From assembly GCA_964016885.1 (NCBI GenBank), contig OZ024740.1, positions 275,466,001 through 275,530,000 of the forward strand: DNA of 64,000 nucleotides, given 5' to 3'. The translations under genes and the position numbers were made by a program. Each line of letters opens with the position of its first letter. The stretch's first letter is position 1. Under the pieces are notes generated by a model. The model was not told the DNA's origin. It saw only the letters and a list, made by a program, of their open reading frames with translations, and did not search any database. Positions 24,880 through 37,136 of this stretch are shown one piece after another. The DNA comes from Eledone cirrhosa (Eukaryota).

Positions 24880-26087
24880 AATTTTCCATATAATAATATA
24901 TGTTCATAGTACTGTACCAATATACTAATGTCTTTGTATTATACTAATATATCCTAATAGTAATATACTATTTTGAATGTAGGAGTGTGTCTACATGATG
25001 TGGCTATGGTCATTGCCTTTGCATACACTCTAATACCAATGAGATGGACATAGTTGTTTTTGCTCTTGAATAATTGCAAGTTGCCAGCTGTAGAAAACAT
25101 TATGTAGAATGTAGAAATGTAATCCCAGAAGGTTGAATGTCTGAGGTGTAAGGACTAGTTGTAGTGTATGATGTGAATGAGTGATGAGTGGAGGAGAGGC
25201 GAGTGAGTTATAAGTACCTGAGTGAAGGTGGTATGAGAGAAGCAAAGAGTAAGGAGCAGGATATTGATACGGGAGTAAAAAAAAAAAACAAAAAAAAACA
25301 ATACATCTGGGATGCCTTGCAATATGTGTTCCAGTACTTTACATTCTAAACTCAAATCAACTTTGCCTTTCATCTCTAAAGTAATACGATTACCTGAGGT
25401 CAATTACATAGACTATTTCTCTTCTTCTTCACCCACTTATTCATGAAAGTCATGGGGGAAAGAGTCCTCAAACACTCCTTCCAGCGGGTCCTATCAGAAG
25501 CAACCATCTCCAACTGATCTGGCTGGATCCCCAAGCGTGACCAGCCAAGTTCATGGATTTTATCCAACCATCTTGCTCAGAGTCTACACCTGGGTCTCTT
25601 GTCATTTGGTTTTGCCAACAAAATCTGTCCAGTGATTCTTTCCTGAAACATTCTAACCACATGCCCATAGTATCATAGCTGTGATCTCTCAATTTGGAGA
25701 AGTAGCGGCTCTACCTAGATTGACTATTTCTCTTCACACAAATTTCAGACCTTTTGTCTATGTTAGAAATGATTATTATACAACTATATTTATATCCATC
25801 ATGTTTCCTTGCTTGGGTCCCAAAATATCTCTTTGATGTTTAGTAAAATATGTTGGTTATTCTATACCTATTGATTCTAGTCAGTAATTGTTTTGCTCCA
25901 GATCAGCCCTATAATAAACATAATATAGCTGTGACCATCTTAGTTTTCTTCCAACTTAGTGTATCTAGGACTGCATTATGTGCTGTGTCCTTCCATTTTA
26001 TAAAAGTAGCTAGATATCAACTTGTACTTTGAAGGCGGTTTGGCGGCTATATTTAGCAGACTTAATGATCTAAATCACCTTTGTTAC

Positions 26088-26166
26088 CTTGGATAGATTC
26101 CTGTCTGTTTTGTATAATGTTGTTGAGTAAGTCAAACCCTATCAAATTTATCTTTACTCAGTAACC
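26088..26166 (-). CDS. Putative 79-nt exon C: GY*VKINLIGFDLLNNIIQNRQESIQ(G), with in-frame TGA
   Basis: Strong acceptor TTTTATTTTGTTATTAG, donor AAG/GTAACA, phase 0-1 bridges exons B and D. Confidence 0.45.
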
Positions 26167-27254
26167 CTAATAACAAAATAAAAAAATCCCTAATTAATCA
26201 AACATTTTTTCAGAGAACAGAGGTTATCAAATAGCATAAGTGAAAGAGAAAGAGAAAGAGAGAAACAGAGAGAAGGTGATAACCCCGTCCCTCTTCCTCC
26301 TCTTTCTGGACAAATTCAAATTGTCTCATAAAGACCTCCTGACCTTCATAATGTTAGTATGGGTCAATGATGGAAGCACCTTTACTAACAACCTGTGTAC
26401 ATTCATTAGAAGGTATGTGGAGGTCAAGTAGTGTGGCTCGGTACAACCACTTGGTGCATTTGTTGCTTAATTGATTATCTTGCTAACCCCTTCCTCTTCT
26501 GCCTCACCCCCTCTGCTCTTCACTTTTTCATTAATCATAATTCCACATTTTCTTATAATTTACCACTACCATCACCACCATCACCACCATCACCACCACC
26601 CTTCTGACTCTACTCTACTGCACTGCATCTAGTTCCTACTCTCACCACCACTTCCTGAACTGAATGAGTATTTAGTCATACTAGAGAAGACAAGAGGACA
26701 TTACTCATACTTACATGTTGATTGTGGTTTGTAGTTATAATGAAAGTGGGGGGAGGGAAGATTGTTTACCTTTTTTTATTTGATTGTAGTGGTGTGCTTT
26801 ATGCTTTCATCTTTTTTTTAATCTTTTTTTATTTATTTAGTGATGTTTTCAATTATAAAGTATATGACTTTAACCCAACAACCATCCAGTTATTAGGGAG
26901 CTGTATAATTATAAGGACTCCTCTTGTCTTAAAAAGACAAAGGGATAAATTAGAGATTGGAAAATAAAAAAATTAAAATAAGAAACACTTTCTTTGTCTC
27001 TGTACCTGGACTGTAAAAAATAAAAACAGAGAAAATTATGTTGCCCCACACACACTTATACACATTAACAAATATCTGAAATACAAAATCTAACCCATGC
27101 TAGCGTGGAAGAACGGACGTAAAACGGTGATGATGATGATGATGATGATGATGTATATATATATATACTGTATTTCAAATATTTGTTAATGTGTATGTGG
27201 GGGGGGGGCACATAATTTTCTTTGTTTTTATATATATATATATATATTACTCAG

Positions 27255-27565
27255 CTGTAGAAATGAGATGGTAGGACTGGAGTCCCTATCATTCCACTGC
27301 AAAGTGGTCGTCGAGGTGCCACGCCAAAAAGCACCCAGCCCACATTGTAAAGTGGACATCTAGGTGCCACAGAAAAAAAGCACCCAGCACTCACTGTAAA
27401 TGAGGTTGGTGTTAGGAAAGGCATCCAGCTGTAGAAATCAAGCCAGAATCAGTTCCCGTATGAGCAAGAGAAGGTCAGCCAACTGGACACTGCCCACAAC
27501 AGGACAGCCCATTTAACCCATGCCAGCGTGGAAGAACGGACGTAAAACGGTGATGATGATGGTGA
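27255..27565 (+). mobile_element. Repeat family D (RTE-related SINE-like element, GAT tail); close copy at 59279-59524
   Basis: GGCATCCAGCTGTAGAAA block and CCCATGCCAGCGTGGAAGAACGGACGTAAAACGGTGATGATGAT end; fragments at about 3770, 10020, 19830, 27090, 33905, 52200. Confidence 0.75.
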
Positions 27566-27599
27566 TATGTATATATACATATATATATATATTTATATG

Positions 27600-27643
<44 letters not shown>

Positions 27644-27658
27644 CATATATATATATAC

Positions 27659-27695
<37 letters not shown>

Positions 27696-27735
27696 TGTAT
27701 ATATATATATGTATGTATATATGTTGATATGTATG

Positions 27736-27768
<33 letters not shown>

Positions 27769-28332
27769 TTCGTTTCTGAATTTGTTTAGCAAGATTCTTT
27801 ATCTGAAATCATGTGTTGAAACCGATATTGTTATACTTTGGGAGGGTCATGTTGCCAATAAGAAACACACGCACCAGTTGCTTTCACTTCAATTTATTAT
27901 ATATTTATAAATTTATAAATTTACAAAGCTACAAACTATATATATATATATAAGTGTATAGTGAATATATGTATGTGTATATATATATAGTGAATATCAT
28001 TTCACACCTTTTATTGTTAAGATTTTTGATGTTCTATTAAGAGAACCGATTTTACTGAAAAAATCGAATAATGTACACCATTTTACCAGGGGGGAAAAAA
28101 TACTGGTCCACCCCCACACACACACACACATTCTCACCCACACACATATATACACACACACACACGCGTACATTAACATACAAAGAGACTTATACACACA
28201 CACACACACACACGCACTTCTCCGTATAAGACAAAAGCTGAAAAATATCTTTTGACATGCTAAAATTACATGCTAAAATTACAGACACATTCTTACTGAC
28301 CATCCCTGCTACCACGAATTACTCTGCTATAT

Positions 28333-28363
<31 letters not shown>

Positions 28364-28502
28364 CACACACACACACACACTTATCTTAATAGCCATTTGA
28401 CACACATCCCTGCTAACCATTATCACAACATCGAACACCTTACTACTACTACTACACACACACACACACACACATATTTGTTGTGAAAGAGTCATTTCTT
28501 AA

Positions 28503-28747
28503 TCTTGGCGCAAAACCAATTTTTTATTCACATGACCTCTACCGACCAATCAAAATTGTTTTGACCACAAGAATTTTTGCAAACACCAAGTAGCGCTGGA
28601 GCCACTTTTTTAACATAAAAACAGTCTTGGCGCAAAATCAATTTTTTACATTCACATGACCTCTACCGACCAATCAAAATTGTTTTGACCACAAGAATTT
28701 TTGCAACACCAAGTAACGCTGGAGCCACTTTTTTAACATAAAAACAG
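28503..28747. repeat. Tandem duplication of about 122 bp
   Basis: 28503-28624 repeated at 28625-28747 with few differences. Confidence 0.95.
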
Positions 28748-28981
28748 GTAGAATTCCCAAAACTAATCAGATCAGAGCAAACAACACGGACACTCTATCT
28801 CAAAATTATTTTTGAAAAGCATTTAGAAATGCGCAACCGGTAAAAACTTAAAAACTTAAAACCACAACTGAATACTAACCCATACAATTACTAATACTCT
28901 TTTATTCCTAATTAAACCATTTTTCAACTGTGAACAATTTGTCAGCATTTTCTATTCCGTTTACCAATATATATATATACA

Positions 28982-29048
<67 letters not shown>

Positions 29049-29072
29049 TATATATATATATATATATACTAC

Positions 29073-29104
<32 letters not shown>

Positions 29105-29133
29105 GTAGTATATATATATATATATATATACAT

Positions 29134-29183
<50 letters not shown>

Positions 29184-29372
29184 TACTATATATATATACT
29201 ATATATATATATATATATTACTAACAATAATAAGGATGTCAAGTTTTAAAAAAATGTTTAAGATAAGACGCTCTAAGGAATAAATCCAAGCATTTATTTT
29301 AATTTTCTTAATTTGATATATATAGATATATATATATTGGAAAGACCAATATATATATGTACATTATATATA

Positions 29373-31045
29373 CTTAAGGTTAATATTGATGCAATTCAAT
29401 TCAAGCACTCAAAGTACTTTTTCCACATAGGAGTGATGGAGTATATATCGAATAATTTCCACTGTGAAACCATAATACCTAGAAATAAGTATATATACTC
29501 TTAGAGGTTGATTGTCAATTCTACTGTCCATGCTTAATTGGGGTAGTATTGAGACCTATTGATACTCATACTCTCCCACCCCCACTAGCTTTTGGCCAGC
29601 TGTCACTAACAGGGTGGCTAGCAGTAAGTTATAACCATGTCATGTTACAGGCCTGGATGGAGTCATTGTTTGGTTGAGAGGGGGAACTGCCTAGGCGAGT
29701 TTCATAAAACTCTGCAGTAGTTGATGGTCAACTTCCTTCGGACCTGTGCCTGTGCAGACTGGAGGGGGTGAATTGGTACTTACAAGGGAACGGGCAAAGA
29801 ACTCAAGAGCACACGCTTTGACCGTTCCCATGTCGATTCAATTTGGATTGCCTCGGAAACATAACCTTATTATGTAACAAGCTGTCTGACGATTCGTGGC
29901 ACTGGCACACAGAACCGTGTGGCCACTGTCGCCATTGAAATATGTATCACAGCATTATCATTAAAGGACTTTAACATCTGAAACTACTTTGCTTTTTCTT
30001 ATTCGATACATACTGCGTCACTCCTATCTGGAAAAAGTACGTTGAGTGCTTGAATTGAATTGCATCAATGTTTACCTTAAGAATTGAGCTCCAAAACGTT
30101 GAGCGCTCTATGGTGTAACCGATATAGTGGAGAAGAGAGGAACCAGTCACCAGCTATGCCCGGAAATTTCCTCTACCATGGGGATGGAAATCCCTTATAC
30201 TGGATGGACATAACATTATAAACTAACTTTCGACAGGATAAATACCCGGAAATAAAAACAACGATAAACCCCTATTTTCCTGCAGCAAATTGCATTTGCA
30301 CAGAGGCCTTGAACAGAAGCCCCTCACTTTACCAGATAACAAACCTTTATATGGACAAATTGACAATCATATTAACCACGTATACCGTCATTTCCATGCA
30401 GTTTACCTTCCTCGTATATATTTCTCATATATATCTCCTATCTCATTTTACATATGTATCTCCTATCTCATTTTGCATCTATGTATTGTATGTATCTTTT
30501 GTATTTTTTGTGTATTTTATATTTGTATTTTTTTTGTTTTGTTCCATGTGATAAAAATACTAACTATGTATTCGCCTAACTACTACCTTTCATACTGTAA
30601 TTTATCCTCAGTTCTACTGTACTGTACTATCGTAGATAATATATCTGTACAATATGTAGATAATATATCTGTAACATTGATCCTACTTTCAAAACTTCTT
30701 ACTATAACTTAAACATCTCCCTATTTATTAGTTATTATATGTGCATATATTTTTTTTACTCACTTCAATCTAGATTCTAACTTGTAATTTTTTTAATTTT
30801 TGATTGCTGATTTTTGATTTTTAATTTTTAGTTTTAATTTCCAACTCTCATTCATAATTTCCACTGTGAAACCATAATACCTAGAAATAAGTATATATTC
30901 TCTTAGCGGTTGATGGTCAATTCTACTGTCCATGCTTAATTTAGGGTAGTATTGAGACCTATTGATACTCATACTCTCCCAACGCCACTAGCTTTTGGCC
31001 AGCTGTCACTAACAGGGTGGCTAGCAGTAAGTTATAACCGTGTCA
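29373..31045 (+). mobile_element. Non-coding element with Penelope-like pseudo-LTR layout
   Basis: Direct repeat 29452-29642 / 30854-31045 and inverted repeat 29373-29455 / 29999-30081. Confidence 0.55.
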
Positions 31046-31124
31046 AGAGGAGACACAAAAGAGTACAGATAGTCATTGAGGAGTTCACAGAATATGTGAT
31101 GAAATAATTTTTGTTTTTTCATAC

Positions 31125-31207
31125 TGACATATCTTGAATGAATTTGAAATACCGCATATCACCATCCAAATTAGTAATTTGTCGTCGCACTGATGATGTC
31201 AAGAATC
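31125..31207 (-). CDS. Putative 83-nt exon B: (R)FLTSSVRRQITNLDGDMRYFKFIQDMS
   Basis: Open frame, donor GTATGA, weak acceptor ATCTTAG, phase 1-0. Confidence 0.45.
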
Positions 31208-31419
31208 CTAAGATCTGATCACATCATACCTTTATATGTCTACCCTCAGTTTTAGACTTTCACTTTTTCCCTTTATTTCTCGTCTATTGCTGTGCAGTCA
31301 TCTCTACTGTATATTATGACTGATGCTTTGAATCCTTAGCCATACATTTTTTCTTACTTTCCTATCCCACCATCTTTTCTCTGTCCTTCTCTTATGCAGT
31401 AGTGAAACAACAAAAGAAA

Positions 31420-31975
31420 CACACACAACAAAATATAGCGCATCACTCATGAACACAGTCCTAAGACACTTGAACTCCATTTACATGTAGAGAGCTCTAG
31501 GCAAGCTTCCTTGAGAGGATGAGTGTCTCTGTCTTTGTAGCACTGATTTTCATTCCTACCATGAAGCACTCAGCAGCAAAACAATCGAATGCATTTTGGA
31601 GATCACCTTCTGATGAGTTCAGTAATATCATGTTATCCGCAAATTCCAGTTGACTGATCCTACACCCATCAGTCTCAATACCACTCCCAACCCAGCTGCA
31701 CACATCAATCCTGTTTATAATGATTATGAACAGGAGAGGTAACAGTTTGTACCCTTGGTGGAGTCTGACTCCCATATTGAACGGTTTTGACTTACCACCA
31801 TTTATCTGAAAACCAATATTAGGGCATTTGTATTGAGATATCAGGGCAACAAAAGGCTTCTATCCCATACCCCCACCCCAGAACCTTCCACAACAGGTCT
31901 CATGGAATGCAATCATATGCCTTTTCAAGGTCTACAAATCAAGCATACATCTCTTGGCAATACTCCCACAATTGA
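31420..31975 (-). mobile_element. RTE-clade RT remnant
   Basis: FVDLEKAYD, LHQGYKLLPLLFIIII, LEFADNMILL, GMKISATKTE. Confidence 0.85.
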
Positions 31976-33103
31976 AAGTATGTGTGCCATCCAGTGATTG
32001 AAACTAGTAAAGAATAGTGTTGAAATGGCTGAATAGGGTAATTATTAGGAAACTGAGGCTAGGTATCAGGCTGATCTGTGGAAGTTACTTTTGATAAATA
32101 ACTTACTGTCAATAGGAGGTCAGTTATGGGTTTAACTTTCAAATTTAGCTTAACCTAACTTAGTAGACAATAATATACTAAATGTAATGAATCCTGAAAT
32201 TTCAATTCAGCAAAATTGCAAAGTGCAAGCATGTCTGTGTGGTTAAGAAATTCACTTTGTTATATGGTTTCAGGCTCATTTCCATTCCATGGTACCAAGG
32301 GTAACTATTCTCAACTATAGACTTAAATCAGCCAATGCCATCTGAGAGAAATTTGGTAGACGGAAACATTCATAAATATGGCAGAGGCATGAAGCTTCTT
32401 GAATTTTGTTTCTCACTTCTATAAATATCATTGAGGCTTTCTGACTAATAAAAAACAAATAGTGAATATTGCTGAATACAGATTTTAATTTTATTGCTCC
32501 CCACTCTTAAATAATCTTACTATTATTGATGAAATTTATGTCAATCTTTTTGCTTCTTTGTGGTTTTACTTGTTTATATTTCTTCTTATTTCATTATTCT
32601 TAATTTTTCTTCATATTTCACTGTTATCATTTGTTTTTATTCATACTTACTAAAAATTGGTATTTTTTCATTAAATAATATTGTAATTTTTTTGTAAAAG
32701 TCATTGCAATTTCTATTTTTTTATATTCAATTATTATTTTTCTTCAATGAAATAATTCAATTGGATTATATGTTAGAAAGACATATGGAAATATTTTGGC
32801 AACTACTGCTCTTTCATGTCCTTGGTAATTCACTAAAACTTTTCATTAAATATTTCTTAGATTCAAAAACTATTTTCCCTTTAATCAAATCAATACTGAT
32901 TAAATGGATAAGAAATCAAAAATACAAATTATGAAAATGTTATCATTATTTTTGTCGCATTTTCCTATTCTTCTTTAAAGTTCCATTTGTGCTTTCTTAT
33001 ACAAAGAAAAGTTTTTATTTTACACAGGTTTGATTGTGTTATTTTTTATGTAAAAAAGCACAGGTTATTATTGCTTATTTCTCTAAGTATATATAAATGC
33101 ATA

Positions 33104-33199
<96 letters not shown>

Positions 33200-33249
33200 C
33201 ACACATATATATATATATAAATATAGATAGATATAAATATATATATGTG

Positions 33250-33319
<70 letters not shown>

Positions 33320-33904
33320 CATCACATAAGCAGGTATATATGTTTATATGTTTATATTATAAAAGTGTTCCAATGCATGTGAAATCAAATTTAATTTCTT
33401 ACATATGAATATACATACATGTGTGAATATATATATATATGTAACATATGTTAACACAAACATAAATATATATTCTTATATTTGAATATATGAAAAAAAT
33501 ATATGTATGCAACTGTAATTACCAATATATTGAAGTGCTGACATGCATACGATTATATGAATATGTTCATTCACACACATATCTACACATAAAATATAAT
33601 TTGAATGCATATGCATATTTAGATATTCAGCGTTAACTTGCCTTTAAGTAAATATTTATATAGATTGAGGTAATCTTCTACATAAATGCACACCCGCACA
33701 TGAAACACACATACACCACACACACACATATGTATATATATATTATTAGTTCATATACTATGGAAACAATTGAGAAATTCATTTTCTATATTGCTATAAA
33801 TATTTTTTTTTTTTTTTTTTTAGATTTATTTAAGTTACCTAAATGAATCCTACCCTCCACTGCTAACTCTCTCTTTCTCTCTCACTCTCTCTCTCTTTCT
33901 CAAT

Positions 33905-34489
33905 CATCATCATCATCATCATCAGGTTTAGCGTCCGTGTTCCACGCTTGCATGGGTTTGGATGGGGGTTTTCCCACTTGAGGCAAGAGTGATTGTCTTG
34001 CTCGCATAGGACTGTCTGGCGGGTTTTCTACAGTTGGATGCCCTTCCTAACACCAACCACATTTACAGTGTGGGGCTGGGAGGTTTTTACCGTGTTGCCT
34101 ACATGGCCACATTACAGCGTGGACTGTGTCTACACGATCTCATTTGTTTCGGCCTGGATGTTGTGGGACCAACATAACTTTACATTGAAAGGGGCGGTGT
34201 GGGTGGGGTGGAGGTGGTGGGACGGGGGTGTGTTTTGATAGAGATGCCTACTGACTGTAGTAGGTTTTTACTTTGTATTTAGGTAAGGCGGGTCTTCTCT
34301 ATTACTGAGTACCGCCAAAGGTCTCGGTCCAGTGACATTGTCTTGGAGAGGTGTAAGCGTGTGAGGTCGGAATTTATCAGCTCGTCCCATGTTTTTCTGG
34401 GTCTGCCTACTCCGTGGCTACCGTCTATCTTTATTGCCCTGCACTTTGTTATACAGCTGTCGTCTTTCATGCGCATCACGTGACCGTAC

Positions 34490-34490
<1 letters not shown>
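33905..34490 (-). mobile_element. RTE 3' ORF remnant joined to a family D tail
   Basis: HVMRMKDDSCITKC..GRPRKTW; CAT repeat at the left end. Confidence 0.75.
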
Positions 34491-34536
<46 letters not shown>

Positions 34537-34734
34537 CGTTTGTATTTATGTATATATATACACACACATATATATATGTATAAGCATATATATAAATACA
34601 CACACATATATATGTATAAGCATATATATTCTATTCTAAGGCGGGTAAAATTCCCGAGATCCATGGACGAGTTCTCTCCAGCGGTGTCTGTCCCTCATTA
34701 TCGCTGCCATGTCCTGCGTCTCCAAATGTCAGCT

Positions 34735-34880
34735 CAAAAGTGACACAGAGGAGACTGAGGTTAGCTGGACATGCTCACCGACATCCAGATTTGACATTGC
34801 ACTCAGTGCTCCTTTGGGATCCCCTACATGGACACACTAGAAGAGGAAGACCAAGGTTAATGTATGTTGATGCCCTAAGC
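34735..34880 (+). mobile_element. RTE/RTEX-like 3' fragment
   Basis: RRLRLAGHAHRH..LLWDP.HG..RRGRP. Confidence 0.7.
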
Positions 34881-34948
34881 ATATATATATATGCATATAC
34901 ATATATATATATATATATGTTTGTATATATATAGATAAATACAAACAC

Positions 34949-34981
<33 letters not shown>

Positions 34982-35397
34982 TTCATTTATTTATAAGGCT
35001 AAATAGGGAGTTAGGGTCATAAGACAAGAAGTTCTTGTTTGATAACCCTGTGATAAACAGGCAAAACTCCAGAGTAACAAAACTCACTATTTAGCCTTAA
35101 TAAAATGAATATATAAACTCTAGTTCGATATTGAGTACTCTTTTCTCTCAGCTGACAATCACATGAGGATATATGTATGTTTGTATGCATGTATGTATTC
35201 TTTTACTCTTTCACTCTTTTCCTAGTTTCAGTCTTTAGACTGTGGCCATGTTGGGAGACCACTTTGATTTTGATTCTGTCAATCACATTGACCCCACTAT
35301 TTATTTTCAGACCAAACCACAGACATGAATGTAAACACAGGCATACTCACATGTGCGCCCCCCCCCCCCCCACACACACACATAAATATATATATAA

Positions 35398-35585
35398 TTG
35401 TTTCTACTTTAGGCACAAGGCCAGCAATTACCCAGTACATTACTGGTATTTTATTTTATCGACCCCGTAAGGATGAAAGGCAAAGTTAACCTTGGCGGGA
35501 TTTGAACTCAGACTGTAAAGGGACGTAACTATGCTAGAAAGCATGGCGTCCAACCCTCTACCGATACTGCCAATTCACCGCCCTT
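35398..35585 (-). mobile_element. SINE A (further single copies at about 37588, 39072, 44417, 50956, 52005, 53015, all + strand)
   Basis: Full head GGGCGGTGAATTGGCAGTATCGG through to the ATT tail. Confidence 0.9.
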
Positions 35586-36026
35586 ATATTATATATATAT
35601 ATATATATATTAATCCATATTAACCTAGACAGTCAGCACAAATATGCATATATATATGTATGTATGCATGTATGTATGTAATGTATGTATCCAAATTAAT
35701 ATACATAGACAACATAAACATGCATATTAAGTGAGAAAATCCTTGCCTTGCCATTCAGATCCTGATGGATTATTACCTGATTACTAAACCATATGCCATC
35801 TGTATGAACTATGCTGCTAAGATCAGTGTTCCTAAATGCAGCATATATGCTATAAGTATGCAATTACTAACTTTACTGTGCAGATTTGTGAACATAACCT
35901 CAGAGGTAATAATGTTTATTTTATAAAGATATGAAGCCAAAATAAATTAGAGTTGAGTGTCTTGTCTAAGTACATATCAGGTCAGCTGCAACTGCAGTAT
36001 GCAATGAAGAGCTAATATCTATTCAC

Positions 36027-36099
36027 TGTGCATTCTACTTGAAGTCTTTTGATACTCTTCTCGTGTAAACAGATGAAAAAAAGCTGATGAGAATTTGCT
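36027..36099 (-). CDS. Putative 73-nt exon A: SKFSSAFFHLFTREEYQKTSSRMH
   Basis: Strong acceptor CTGTTTTCCCTTTAG, modest donor GTGAAT, phase 0-1 fits exon B. Confidence 0.4.
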
Positions 36100-36915
36100 C
36101 TAAAGGGAAAACAGTGGAATAAAGGGGAAATGTCAACAGATGGGGGATGATTGCATAAAATGTGTGGAGAAATAAAAATTATTGCCTGTTGGTGAGTATA
36201 ACATACACAGACACTCTCTCTCTCTCCCACACATACATGCCCACACATATAGAAATTGATGGAGCTAAAGTTAATATCTCCAATTGGAAAATAATGAGAA
36301 TTTATGTAAGGAAGTTAAAAGATAATGCACAGAATACTGTAAGCAAAACTTCTTAGTTTATTGAAATTTCCCTTTTAGCTACAGAAAGAAATAAAAATAA
36401 AAAAGGGAGTTAATTTCAAGAAATTAAGAACTAATTCATCAAGTAAATTTACATCTTTAGGCAAAGGAGAGTCTGATCTTTGTTTGCAGGTAAGGGAGTT
36501 CTATGGATATATGTTTCAGACTGTTAGGCTTCATCGGCCTAGAAAAGGATAGCCAGAACTAAAATTGTGACCTATGATAGACTGTAAACCTATTGAATAT
36601 ATAATGTGTATTTACATCTGTTCCTTGGAATGAAACCAAAGCTAAGTACTTAGGAAGACATTTCATTTAATTTCATAAACATAAATTCAGGGTTTCAGCA
36701 TTGGGTAGCTAGACTACAAATGGTGGTACCCCAGAATGGCCACAGAAATCTAACATATTCTTTGAGTGTTGGCCAGCAGTTAGAGCATACAGTAATGTGT
36801 GGGAGCATAACCATGAGATAAAATTCATGAAAATTTTGTACAGGTTCGAAATGATAACAATATGAAAAAGGTGCAAACTAGCACAGGGGAATATATGTAA
36901 ATATCTTCCTTTTAA

Positions 36916-37136
36916 CCCTTTACCATTCGCATTACTCTATATTTACAATTGCATTTTTACAGTAAAGGCTTTACTTCACATAATCATCTCACATAATATG
37001 GAATCTATCAGATTTTGATATCATTTATTTTGAGAACAATACTTTAAAATCAGTATGAGTGGCCAGTTACAGCTGGTTTGAACAAAATGGGTTGAGAGAA
37101 TTTTGGCTGGATACAGCCAGTTTAAATGCTAAAAGG
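36916..37136. mobile_element. piggyBac-like MITE
   Basis: TTAA at 36912-36915 and 37137-37140; ends CCCTTTACCATT / AATGCTAAAAGG. Confidence 0.7.

Noticed and set aside
31190-31220. Box C/D-like TGATGA...CTGA
   Set aside because: Too short for a snoRNA and overlaps putative exon B on the opposite strand
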